NCBI GenBank assembly: GCA_047285805.1
Contig: JBJBCN010000003.1
Span: forward strand, 160,001 to 224,000
Length of the DNA stretch: 64,000 nt
Source: Synechococcus sp.
Lineage (GTDB): Bacteria > Cyanobacteriota > Cyanobacteriia > PCC-6307 > Cyanobiaceae
Reading direction: 5' to 3'
Position numbers and translations under genes: made by a program. This document shows, piece after piece, positions 42,765 to 54,449 of the stretch. Numbering within the stretch: the first letter of the stretch is position 1; each line of letters opens with the position of its first letter. The notes beneath the pieces are model-generated. The model saw only the letters and a program-made list of their open reading frames with translations, was not told where the DNA came from and did not search any database.

Positions 42765-43451
42765 CTAGAAGCCCGTGGAGCAAGAGGCCACGTCCCAGGC
42801 TTCCTCGACAGCAGGGGTGCGGTCCCCCTTGGCGCGGCGACTGATGCTGCGGCTTCTGCGCAAGTACCACCGCCAAGGCAGGTCCTGGCCCTGGCTGATA
42901 CCGATGCGGCTGGTTTGAACCAGATCATCCGCCCGAAACGCGGCGGGCGCTTGGGCAAACCAAAGCCCCTGCGCCTGGCTGCTAGGGCAGTGATCGTGAC
43001 TGCGGTCGAGGCCAAAGCGACGGGCAAGCAGAGCCGGACCCGCAGCGACCCGCTCGGGCTCCCCCGGGATGGCCAGGGCTCGAAGCAGGACACCGTTAGC
43101 CCAGTCAGCCCGGTCGGTCACCACGTTCACGCAGTGGTGGATGCCATAGCTGACATAGACGTAAAAACGCCCTGGCTCACCAAAGAGCGTTTCGTTGCTG
43201 GGGGAGCGGCGGCGATAGCCGTGGCAAGCGGGGTCGTCTTGGGAATACGCCTCCGTTTCCACCACCACACCCCACAGCAGGCTGCCGTCTGTTTGACGTT
43301 TCACCAACCGGCAGCCAATCAGCTCAGGGGCAACGACCTCCGCTGGACGGCAGAAGAAGGCGTGGGGCAGGGCTGGGAAATCTCTGGTGATGGGCTGGGT
43401 GGCTATGGGAGTGGCTTCTGGTCTCCCTTCATCGTGCCGACGACCAGCCAA
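42765..43451 (-). CDS. mpg: DNA-3-methyladenine glycosylase (MPG/AAG family); start codon uncertain
   Basis: [45 protein letters not shown]; no in-frame ATG upstream, only TTG (43451, 43472, 43499) or ATA (43406). Confidence 0.92.
   Translation of the reverse strand: MAGRRHDEGRPEATPIATQPITRDFPALPHAFFCRPAEVVAPELIGCRLVKRQTDGSLLWGVVVETEAYSQDDPACHGYRRRSPSNETLFGEPGRFYVYVSYGIHHCVNVVTDRADWANGVLLRALAIPGEPERVAAGPALLARRFGLDRSHDHCPSSQAQGLWFAQAPAAFRADDLVQTSRIGISQGQDLPWRWYLRRSRSISRRAKGDRTPAVEEAWDVASCSTGF
43327..43379. repeat. 53-bp direct repeat, left copy (inside the mpg 5' coding region)
   Basis: GGGGCAACGACCTCCGCTGGACGGCAGAAGAAGGCGTGGGGCAGGGCTGGGAA, identical to 44879-44931. Confidence 0.97.
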
Positions 43452-43520
43452 CTGCTCTAAGCCCAGTGGCAATGGCGGATTTCCTGGCGAAACTCCCAAC
43501 AGAAGTTGAGCGCGAGCGCT

Positions 43521-44552
43521 ATGCAGCAGTCCATTCGCCTGAGCCTCTCCCTCACTGGTGCAGCTGCTTTGGCACTGGCATCAATGCCGCAGGTGAGCGC
43601 AAAGCCTGCAGTGGTGGCGCAAGGGAGCGCGGAAGACCTTGGAGTGATGAGCATCCGCCTCAAGGATGTGGTGAAACCGCAGGTTGGTGTTCAAGGTCAA
43701 ACCCAAGCGGCTGGCACCCCGAATGAGGCAGGCATTGGCGGTTTTATGCCGCTGGTGGTGGGAGAGAACAGCGTCTTCTTTGCTGATGTGCTGGCGAATG
43801 CGAACTTCGCGGACTGGGGCAACAGCAGCAGCATCATCAATACCAAGGTGGCGGGTCCCACCATCAGCACGTCATCCAGGCTTGGGTATCGCTGGCTGAA
43901 TGGTGACCGCAGTTGGATGTTTGGTGTCAACGGTGGGTATGACACCCGACCGATGGCAACGGGTGATGCCGATACAGGTGTTGCGGTCTCTGGTCAGCGG
44001 ACAGTCTTTTTCCAGCAGGCAGCGTTTGGCTTGGAGGCAGTGAATGATGACTGGAGCTTCAATGCCTATGGATTAATACCAACTGGAACAACGGAATACA
44101 GGTTGAATAGTGCTTACAACGGGGGAGCACTGGATACGTATGGGTTTGATGCGGGCTACAGCATCACGCCAGAGTGGAAGCTGAGTGTTGGCTATTACTA
44201 CCAGAATGGCGACCTCAATACAGCTGATGGCTCAGGCGTGCTGGGGCGACTGGCTTACAGCATCAATGAGGGAGTAACGGTTGGCACCAATCTGTCTTAT
44301 GACAGCGCGTTTAAGTCACGCTTCTCAGCTGACATTAAGTGGCGGTTCAATACGGCAGGAATTTCGCAAAGCGAGAAGCAGAAGAAAGCGTGGGAGAAGC
44401 CTACGATTAAGGCATTAACCGAGAGCGTGAAAAATAGGGATGTACGGGTGCACGATAACGGTCTTAGCTGTACATACGATGGCGTAAGGGGCTTCACTTG
44501 GAGTGACGGGAATGTCTGCATTACCCCCCAGATGTGGTATAAAAACCTATAA
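43521..44552 (+). CDS. Outer-membrane inverse-autotransporter-like beta-barrel protein with a short Cys-containing C-terminal peptide
   Basis: Signal peptide ([27 protein letters not shown]), amphipathic beta strands ([63 protein letters not shown]), linker [15 protein letters not shown], then a 31-aa tail. Confidence 0.75.
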   Translation: MQQSIRLSLSLTGAAALALASMPQVSAKPAVVAQGSAEDLGVMSIRLKDVVKPQVGVQGQTQAAGTPNEAGIGGFMPLVVGENSVFFADVLANANFADWGNSSSIINTKVAGPTISTSSRLGYRWLNGDRSWMFGVNGGYDTRPMATGDADTGVAVSGQRTVFFQQAAFGLEAVNDDWSFNAYGLIPTGTTEYRLNSAYNGGALDTYGFDAGYSITPEWKLSVGYYYQNGDLNTADGSGVLGRLAYSINEGVTVGTNLSYDSAFKSRFSADIKWRFNTAGISQSEKQKKAWEKPTIKALTESVKNRDVRVHDNGLSCTYDGVRGFTWSDGNVCITPQMWYKNL

Positions 44553-44585
44553 AAATAAAAAACAACACCCAAAGCCCAAAGCACC

Positions 44586-44613
44586 AAAGCCCCTGCAACC
44601 GCAGGGGCTTTTT
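44586..44613 (+). terminator. Rho-independent terminator (potentially bidirectional)
   Basis: AAAGCCCCTGC-AACC-GCAGGGGCTTTTT. Confidence 0.9.
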
Positions 44614-44850
44614 ATTTCTTCAGTCACACCAACAAGCCAACAAATCAGCCTCCAATGCCTGGCACCATTGCCCTCGACTTAGCCCAATGGCAGGTCGCTC
44701 ACGGCATTCTTTGCCTCATCGCAAGACCGCAAGACACACCAAAGCCTCCCTCAATATCTTTCTCTCTACTTCTATCCTTATTTCCTCAACGCATTCACCA
44801 ATCACTTCGCTCTCTATAGCCATCACGGATGCCATTGGCGCGTCTAAATC

Positions 44851-44943
44851 TCACCGCCACTTGATACCAAGCCGCCTGGGGGCAACGACCTCCGCTGGAC
44901 GGCAGAAGAAGGCGTGGGGCAGGGCTGGGAAGTAACGCGCCAT
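44851..44943 (-). pseudogene. Orphaned mpg 5' fragment (30 codons)
   Basis: [22 protein letters not shown] matches the mpg N-terminus from F onward, then diverges (RRLGIKWR*). Confidence 0.85.
44879..44931. repeat. 53-bp direct repeat, right copy
   Basis: Identical to 43327-43379. Confidence 0.97.
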
Positions 44944-45037
44944 CCATCCGAACGACCTTCTGATCACAGTTAACCGAGCCTTTGCTGCAAGCCGCAGAAA
45001 CGGACGCCAGAATCGATACAGCGGTTCCGCCCCTGCG

Positions 45038-45175
45038 ATGCACTCCGACGGCTTCACCCTTGCCACGGTCCTTATTGGCGGCAGCGGCCTTTTCGTGCTG
45101 GCCACCCTGTTCTTTGGGACCAAGGGCGGCTACTACGACACGGACAAGTACGACGGCAACGGCACCGCCCACTAA
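45038..45175 (+). CDS. ndhP: NDH-1L complex small subunit NdhP (45 aa)
   Basis: Hand translation MHSDGFTLATVLIGGSGLFVLATLFFGTKGGYYDTDKYDGNGTAH; single TM plus FFGT.GG.YD.D.Y.GNG.AH tail; not in the ORF track. Confidence 0.9.
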   Translation: MHSDGFTLATVLIGGSGLFVLATLFFGTKGGYYDTDKYDGNGTAH

Positions 45176-45181
45176 GGCCAC

Positions 45182-45480
45182 CTAGCTCTCGCTGGAGAGG
45201 CGCTCTGACTGAAGGCAGTCCGAGGTGGTCTCCAGGTCCTCGAGCAACGCCGAGCGATTGAAATACGCCAGGCGGGTACTCACCGCACCAATGGAATCCA
45301 GGCGGACGGGCTCTTCCAAGCTGTGGAGCTCGTCGTCATTCTCAGCGTCGTAGAGAAGGATGACCAGGTCCCCCTCTATTTCAACGACCAGCGCCTCTTC
45401 AATCCAACGCTGCTGGTCGCGCAAGAACACCCAAATGGGAGTTTCTCGCATTGATAGCGGTAAAGGCGTCCCTGAAGCAT
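45182..45480 (-). pseudogene. Conserved cyanobacterial small protein (DUF6679-like) with an apparent 1-nt deletion near the 5' end
   Basis: ATG at 45480 gives MLQGRLYRYQCE; the conserved-looking body IWVFLRDQQRWIE..IEGDLV..VRLDSIGAV is in another frame; span 299 nt. Confidence 0.6.
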
Positions 45481-45539
45481 GGACGGCCAGCGGACGCCCA
45501 AATCCTAGGGATACTGAACTGATCTAACGCCCCAGCTCC

Positions 45540-46316
45540 GTGGTTGCTCACTGCACCGAAGACATCCGACTGCAGCTGCGGAGCTGGCCCGAAGTGGAGG
45601 CCTATCTCCAGCAGAACAAAGGGGTGATCATTCCCCTGGGGTCCACCGAGCAGCACGGTCCCACTGGAGCAATTGGGACCGATGCCTTAACCGCTGAGGC
45701 GGTAGCCCTGGAAGTCGGCCGGCGCCTGGAGGTGCTGGTGACCCCCGCCCAGGCCTTTGGGATGGCCGAACACCACCTCGGCTTTGCCGGGACGATGAGC
45801 CTTCAGCCCTCCACCCTGCTGGCGGTCCTGCACGACCTGATCCTGTCCTTGGCCAGGCATGGGTTTGAGCGTATCTATGTGGTTAATGGCCATGGCGGAA
45901 ACATCGCCACCTGCAAAGCTGCCTTTGCACAGGCCTATGGCACCGCAGCGGCCCGCGGCCTCCCCAATGCCCCTCAGCTGCGCTGCAAGCTCGCCAACTG
46001 GTTCATGGCCTCCGAGGCGATGGGACTGGCCAGGGAGCTCTACGGGGACAAGGAAGGGCACCATGCGACCCCCAGCGAAATCGCCATCACCCTGGCGTTG
46101 GAGCCCAGCCTGGAGAGCAAGCAGCAACCCCTGCCGGACCCGGCCCCAGCTGGCCCCATTCACAGCCCCGAGGACTTCCGTCGCCGCCACCCCGATGGCA
46201 GGATGGGCTCCCATCCCTCCTTGGCCACCGCCGAGGACGGCCGCCGCTTTTTGGATGTGGCCGCAACGGGTCTGGTCACTGATCTGGAGCGCTTTTTAAG
46301 GGAGTCGGCCAGCTAG
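45540..46316 (+). CDS. Creatininase family protein
   Basis: PLGSTEQHGP..IGTD, HHLGFAGT, NGHGGN, HA..SE. Confidence 0.92.
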   Translation: MVAHCTEDIRLQLRSWPEVEAYLQQNKGVIIPLGSTEQHGPTGAIGTDALTAEAVALEVGRRLEVLVTPAQAFGMAEHHLGFAGTMSLQPSTLLAVLHDLILSLARHGFERIYVVNGHGGNIATCKAAFAQAYGTAAARGLPNAPQLRCKLANWFMASEAMGLARELYGDKEGHHATPSEIAITLALEPSLESKQQPLPDPAPAGPIHSPEDFRRRHPDGRMGSHPSLATAEDGRRFLDVAATGLVTDLERFLRESAS

Positions 46317-46325
46317 GTTCACCCC

Positions 46326-46619
46326 ATGAGCAACATCAGCGCCGACGACGTCCGCAAGGTGGCCAAGCTGGCTCGCCTGGATCTGCCCGAGGAGAAAATC
46401 GCGACTTATACCGGTCAGCTCGAGCGAATCCTCGACTACGTCGACCAGCTGCAAGCAGTCGATACCGATGGGGTTCCCGCCACCACCCGCGCCGTTGAGG
46501 TCGTCAATGTGACCCGCGAGGACACCGTTGTGCCCACAGACGTGCGCGAGAAGCTGCTGGATGAGGCGCCCCTTCGGGAAGGAGATTTCTTCCGCGTTCC
46601 CAAGATCCTGGCGGACTGA
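46326..46619 (+). CDS. gatC: Asp/Glu-tRNA amidotransferase subunit C
   Basis: [28 protein letters not shown]. Confidence 0.96.
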   Translation: MSNISADDVRKVAKLARLDLPEEKIATYTGQLERILDYVDQLQAVDTDGVPATTRAVEVVNVTREDTVVPTDVREKLLDEAPLREGDFFRVPKILAD

Positions 46620-46662
46620 TCAGACTCGAGCTGACTTCAGGCTCGAGTTCGGTTAAAGGCCC

Positions 46663-47688
46663 TCAGCGGCGCGGGGAAACGGCAGTGCGGTGCAGGAGCG
46701 CGACCACATGGCGACGTGCCCTGAACGATGGAAGAAGACCCGCGATGGGACGCAGCTTGCTGCGGCGGCGGCGGTGGCTGCGAACACCAAGAACGATGTC
46801 GTAGAGGAAGTTCGTTAAATCGCTTTTGGTCTCGAATAAACCGAGACGCTGGGGAGATCCCTTGGCATCCAGGATTGGCTTTGTTGAGTGATAAGCAGGC
46901 CGGTACTCAAACCAGGGAATAGATGGCCACAGGTGATGAACCAAGTGATAGTTCTGACCCATGATCAGCCAGTTCATCAAACGCCCGGGATAGACCCTGG
47001 CGTTGTGCCAACGGTTCCGGGACGAGAAGGGTCGATGAGGCAAGTAATCGAAGAACAATCCAAGGGTCACACCAACCATCAGAGCTGGGGCAAACCAGAC
47101 ATTGAAGATGAAATCAATGAAGCCATATTTGATCCCGGCCAGCACAATCGCGAAGAAGATTCCCCGCCCTAAGCCCCACTCCAGAAGTTCATGATCACGC
47201 CAAAGCTTGCGCTGGAAGAAAAAGTACTCGTGATAGAAGAATCGAGGGGCGATTAACCAAAGCGGACCGAAGGTGCTGACGATGTGGTCGGGATCGTTCT
47301 TCGGATCGTTCACATGGGCATGGTGCTGCAGGTGCACGCGCGTAAAGACCGGGAAGCTGAAGCCCAGCAGCAATGCAGCTCCATGCCCCATGAAGGCATT
47401 CCAGAAACGGCTGGGGTGCGCCGCGTTATGGCAGGCATCATGGATGACCGTGCCCTCTAGATGCAGGGCCAAAAAGCCCGTGGCCAGCAGGACAGGCAGC
47501 GACCAACCCCAGAGGAACCAGCCGGCAATGCTCAGAGCGGCCAGGGCATAACCGCCCAAGAAAAGCCCCACCGTTGGGTTCAAGGGGGCAGGGGGATCGA
47601 GGTATTCCCGCGGTACAGCGCTCACCGAAGCACGCACCTCTTGGCGTCCAAGCTCTCTCGACTCAGCTGGGGCCAAGGTTTGCGTCAT
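46663..47688 (-). CDS. crtR: Beta-carotene hydroxylase
   Basis: His boxes HDACH, HLQHH, FFDYLPH, QNYHLVHHLWP typical of cyanobacterial CrtR. Confidence 0.9.
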   Translation of the reverse strand: MTQTLAPAESRELGRQEVRASVSAVPREYLDPPAPLNPTVGLFLGGYALAALSIAGWFLWGWSLPVLLATGFLALHLEGTVIHDACHNAAHPSRFWNAFMGHGAALLLGFSFPVFTRVHLQHHAHVNDPKNDPDHIVSTFGPLWLIAPRFFYHEYFFFQRKLWRDHELLEWGLGRGIFFAIVLAGIKYGFIDFIFNVWFAPALMVGVTLGLFFDYLPHRPFSSRNRWHNARVYPGRLMNWLIMGQNYHLVHHLWPSIPWFEYRPAYHSTKPILDAKGSPQRLGLFETKSDLTNFLYDIVLGVRSHRRRRSKLRPIAGLLPSFRARRHVVALLHRTAVSPRR

Positions 47689-47735
47689 GTCTACTGAATG
47701 ATTACCAGCTTAGAAAAACTGACGTCTCGAACGGA

Positions 47736-47817
47736 TGCCCACCGGGGGACTTGAACCCCCACGACCGAAGCCACTGGTACCTAAAACCAGCGCGTCTACC
47801 AATTCCGCCAGGTGGGC
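47736..47817 (-). tRNA. tRNA-Leu(TAG)
   Basis: Reverse complement GCCCACCTGGCGGAATTGGTAGACGCGCTGGTTTTAGGTACCAG...GGTTCAAGTCCCCCGGTGGGCA; long variable arm. Confidence 0.97.
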
Positions 47818-47868
47818 AGGCAACGACTTTAGAGAGCGGCCCAGAATGGGGTCAACGCCTCAATTCCC

Positions 47869-48477
47869 ATGCTGGCCACCCTTGGCGGAACCCTTGCCCT
47901 TCTGGTGGGCCTGACGGTGATGCTGTTGCCACTGCTCGCCAACGAGCTCAGCCGCGCCCGCGATGCCGCCTGGGGTGCCGTGGTGTTGCTGCTGGGGCTG
48001 ACCCTGGTCACCAGCGCCGACCGGCTGACCGGCTCCCCGATGCTGGCCGTGCTTTGCGGAGGCCTGCTGATTGCTCGGCTGGGTAGCGAGGTCCTGCAGA
48101 GCCGCTGGCGCATGCTCACCCCTGAGGAGCAGCAGCGAATCGCCTCCCTAGAACGCTGGCAGACCAGCCTGGGCGAGCTGTTCAGCAGCAGCTCCAAGGC
48201 CGCTGCCGTCTTGAACGAAACGGGTGGGTCCCTGCTGAGCGCCTTCAAAGGGGGGCCGAAACCAGGGAAAACCAGCAAACGCTGGGTTCGTGCCGAAACT
48301 GACTCAGGCAGCACTGACGCTGAGAGCACGGCTGTGGCTCCCAGCGGAACTTCAGAGGAACCAGCCCCCGTGGAACCGGTGCCAACCGACTTCGATGCCA
48401 CGGTTGAGCCCACCGTGTTGACTTCCTTTGACGAGGTGGAAGAGCTGATCGAGGCCTCCAGCCCCCAAGCGGGATAA
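47869..48477 (+). CDS. Ycf66 family protein
   Basis: N-terminal TMs with ELSRARD..W motif; acidic low-complexity tail. Confidence 0.75.
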   Translation: MLATLGGTLALLVGLTVMLLPLLANELSRARDAAWGAVVLLLGLTLVTSADRLTGSPMLAVLCGGLLIARLGSEVLQSRWRMLTPEEQQRIASLERWQTSLGELFSSSSKAAAVLNETGGSLLSAFKGGPKPGKTSKRWVRAETDSGSTDAESTAVAPSGTSEEPAPVEPVPTDFDATVEPTVLTSFDEVEELIEASSPQAG

Positions 48478-48501
48478 TCGACCCTTGCTGCCCCGAGCGC
48501 T

Positions 48502-51452
<2,951 letters not shown>

Positions 51453-51456
<4 letters not shown>

Positions 51457-51767
51457 AGCCAGGCGGCTGGGTCGAGAAAAGGCTCGGCCCCGGATGCCTC
51501 GGCGAGGCACTTCTCATCCTGCGGGTTGAGCGGTCCCTGCAGCAGTTCAACCTGCTCGATTTGAGCCGCGTCCGGCAGCAGAGGTTGATCAGGATCAAAC
51601 CCCGTGGGGTGCGAGACGCTGCTGGAGAATCCGCGAAAGATCAGCAGCTCAAACGACTCGAAGCCAGTGGGAACAGGCAGGGACCCCCGCAAACGCAGGA
51701 CACGGTCTGCTCGGCCTCGACTGATCTCCTCGAGCTGAACCAGCAGCTCGGCCACGCGCAACGCCAT
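51453..51767 (-). CDS. Conserved cyanobacterial hypothetical protein
   Basis: LLIFRGFSSS..HPT.FDPD motif; host-like codon usage. Confidence 0.75.
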
Positions 51768-51770
51768 GCC

Positions 51771-52388
51771 TTAAAAACCGCCGGCGACGCGGCCCTGCTT
51801 GGGCAACCGGACGACCAGCCACTGCAACAGGCCAACGCCGTACGCGACCAGGGACACATAGCCGACAAAGGCGGCAATGGCAGCCGTCCAGCTCCCGCCA
51901 AAGACAAAATCAAAGACGCTGGCCACACCGCCGTGCAAGTCATCGGGAGCCTCCAGCCAAACCCGACAGATCGGCCGGGTCAGCCCACCTCCAACGCAGC
52001 TGAGAGCCACAGCGCTCAAGGCGGCGCCGAGCACTCCGAACACCGTCAGACCCCAACGCCAGGCGCGGACAACGAACGGCAAGGGGCGCCAGGGCGGCAG
52101 GTCCGCCAACTCCTCGTTGAGGTCCACCCAGAACCAGACGCTGATCACCACCAGCAGCTGGGAGAGGACCGCGAGCAGATAGCCCAGGGGCCGGTTATCG
52201 GTCAGGAGTAGCACCGTGATCAACAGCAGGCTGGCCACCTTCCAGTAGATCCCCATCAAGCGGGTCAAGGCCTGCTCACGCTTCAGCGCAGACCACACCA
52301 GCAGCACCAGGGGCAAACCCAGGGCAAACACCGCCGCCAAGCGGTAATCCAGCCAAACCAGGGTGCGATAGAGCAGCAGATCTGGCAC
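51771..52388 (-). CDS. DUF3177 family membrane protein
   Basis: LVWLDYRLA, IYWKVASLL, WFWVDLNEE, LPKQGRVA. Confidence 0.85.
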   Translation of the reverse strand: MPDLLLYRTLVWLDYRLAAVFALGLPLVLLVWSALKREQALTRLMGIYWKVASLLLITVLLLTDNRPLGYLLAVLSQLLVVISVWFWVDLNEELADLPPWRPLPFVVRAWRWGLTVFGVLGAALSAVALSCVGGGLTRPICRVWLEAPDDLHGGVASVFDFVFGGSWTAAIAAFVGYVSLVAYGVGLLQWLVVRLPKQGRVAGGF

Positions 52389-52458
52389 GCAGCAACACGC
52401 ATTCAGTGGCCATTATCTGCAGCCCTGCGGCGAAAGGAAGCGGCTGTAGGGTCCGCCG

Positions 52459-53733
52459 ATGGCCTGGACCGCCCGCCTCTCTCCGTTTTTGCCCTGGCGA
52501 CAAACGCCGCAGCAGGCGCAGTGCACAACAGCACTGAGCTCTGAGCCGGCCCTGGAGGCCGCCATCGCGGATCTCGGCCAGCAGCTCAAGCAGGCCGGTC
52601 AGCGGCATTCAGCTGATCTTGGGCTGGTGTTTTGCTCAAGCGCCTACGCCAGCGACCTCCAGCGCTTGATGCCACTGCTCCAGCAGGCGATTGGTGCCAA
52701 ACATTGGCTGGGCTGCTGTGGCGGCGGGGTCGTCGGGACCAACGCCGAGGGCGCAGCCCAGGAGATCGAACACCAGCCCGCCATCAGCGTCACCTTGTTC
52801 ACCCTCCCCGAGACGGAGATCGAACTCTTCTCGCTCAAAAGCGAGGCCTTGCCCGATCTCGACGGCTCACGGCAGAGCTGGATCGACTGGGCCGGTGTCG
52901 CCCCGGACGGCGGCCACTCCATGCTCCTGTTCCTGGATCCGACCTGCACCGCGATCAATGACTTGATCAGCGGCTTGGACTTCGCCTACCCCGAAGCCCA
53001 GAAGATCGGGGGGATTGCCGGGCAACACAGCGCACAACACGGCTCCCTCTTGCTCCGGGACGGCGTGGTCGACGGCGCCATCGGCTGCCTGATCAGGGGA
53101 GCCTGGCGCATTGATCCAGTCGTCGCCCAAGGGTGCAAGCCAATCGGCCCGGTCTTTGAGATTGAGAAAGCCGAGCGCAATGTGTTGCTGCGCCTCAGCC
53201 ATGACGGCGAAGCGAACACCCCCGTGGCCTGCCTGCAAACAATCCTGCAGGACCTCTCGCCCGAGGAGAAGGAGCTGGTGCGGCATTCCCTGTTTCTAGG
53301 GGTGGCCAAAACCAACTTCCAACTGCCCAGCGATGGCTCCCCCGCCCCTGGACCGGCCGTTCTGGTGCGCAACCTGATCGGCGTCGACCCCCGCAACGGC
53401 TCCGTCGCGGTGGCCGAGCGGCTGCGAGTCGGGCAACAGGTGCAGTTTCAACTACGGGATGCCGAGACCTCACGGCAGGAACAACAGCAGTTGCTGGCTC
53501 AACAGCACAGCCGCAACACCGAGCCGCTGGCGGCCCTGCTCTTTGCCTGCCTTGGTCGCGGGGAGGGGCTCTACGGGAGCGCCAACGGCGATGTCGATGG
53601 ATGCCGTCAACACTTCCCCGCAGTGCCCATCGGTGGTGCCTTCTGCAACGGCGAAATCGGCCCGGTCGCCGGTGCAACCCACCTGCATGGCTACACCGCG
53701 AGCTGGGGCTTTCTGGTGCCGAACACTCCCTGA
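52459..53733 (+). CDS. FIST N/C domain signal transduction protein
   Basis: LGCCGGGVVG, IGGIA, VAQGCKPIG, LVRNLIGVD, FACLGRG, GAFCNGEIGP..LHGYT. Confidence 0.9.
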   Translation: MAWTARLSPFLPWRQTPQQAQCTTALSSEPALEAAIADLGQQLKQAGQRHSADLGLVFCSSAYASDLQRLMPLLQQAIGAKHWLGCCGGGVVGTNAEGAAQEIEHQPAISVTLFTLPETEIELFSLKSEALPDLDGSRQSWIDWAGVAPDGGHSMLLFLDPTCTAINDLISGLDFAYPEAQKIGGIAGQHSAQHGSLLLRDGVVDGAIGCLIRGAWRIDPVVAQGCKPIGPVFEIEKAERNVLLRLSHDGEANTPVACLQTILQDLSPEEKELVRHSLFLGVAKTNFQLPSDGSPAPGPAVLVRNLIGVDPRNGSVAVAERLRVGQQVQFQLRDAETSRQEQQQLLAQQHSRNTEPLAALLFACLGRGEGLYGSANGDVDGCRQHFPAVPIGGAFCNGEIGPVAGATHLHGYTASWGFLVPNTP

Positions 53734-53739
53734 TTTCCG

Positions 53740-54429
53740 ATGGTGCGCCAACACGTCAACCCACTCAGCCGCTTCTTCCAGTTGCCGCTGGAGCTGCCCC
53801 CGGCCCAGGACCTGTTCACCGATCCAGACCTGCCGGTCCACCTGGATATCGGCTGCGCGCGGGGCCGCTTTCTCCTGGCGCTCGCCCAACAGCAACCCCA
53901 GGTCAACCACCTCGGCATTGAGATCCGGCGTGCCCTGGTCAACGCCGCGGAAGCAGATCGTCAGCAACGCGGCCTAAGCAACCTCCACTACCTGTTCTGC
54001 AACGCCAACATCAGCACCCGTGCCTGGCTGGAGACCTTGGAGCCCGGACAGCTGGATCTGGTCTCGATCCAATTCCCCGATCCCTGGTTCAAAAAGAAGC
54101 ACCACAAGCGCCGGGTCCTGCAACCGGCCCTGCTGCTCGCGATCGCCACGGCCCTGCAACCGGGCAAGCGCTTCTTCATCCAAAGCGACATCCTGGACGT
54201 CATCGAACCGATGGTCGCCGTCACCGAAGCGAGCGGTTGGTTCAGACGACCTGCCGGGGACGCCAGACCCTGGCGCGAAACCAACCCCCTACCGGTGCCC
54301 ACGGAACGGGAGACCTATGTCCTCGGGCAAAGGCTACCGGTCTATCGGGTGCTCTACGAACGCAACGAAACGCCGTTGCCGAGCCTGGAGGCACTGGAGC
54401 AACAGCTGGAAGCCGCCGATAATCCTTAA
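53740..54429 (+). CDS. trmB: tRNA (guanine-N7)-methyltransferase
   Basis: [35 protein letters not shown]. Confidence 0.96.
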   Translation: MVRQHVNPLSRFFQLPLELPPAQDLFTDPDLPVHLDIGCARGRFLLALAQQQPQVNHLGIEIRRALVNAAEADRQQRGLSNLHYLFCNANISTRAWLETLEPGQLDLVSIQFPDPWFKKKHHKRRVLQPALLLAIATALQPGKRFFIQSDILDVIEPMVAVTEASGWFRRPAGDARPWRETNPLPVPTERETYVLGQRLPVYRVLYERNETPLPSLEALEQQLEAADNP

Positions 54430-54449
54430 ACATCAACCCACCCCTCGGC

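Larger units (their letters stand above)
43327..44931. mobile_element. Direct-repeat-bounded accessory cassette inserted at the 5' end of mpg (no integrase inside)
   Basis: Perfect 53-bp terminal direct repeat, lower-GC interior, single cargo gene with its own terminator. Confidence 0.7.

Noticed and set aside
43327..44931. IS element, CRISPR array or diversity-generating retroelement explanation for the repeats
   Set aside because: Only two repeat copies, identical with no adenine-specific mismatches; no terminal inverted repeats, transposase, cas or reverse transcriptase gene in the window
44687..45185. Track ORFs 44687-44935, 44795-45181 and 44982-45185
   Set aside because: Off-frame or antisense overlaps of ndhP and the mpg remnant; no protein-like features
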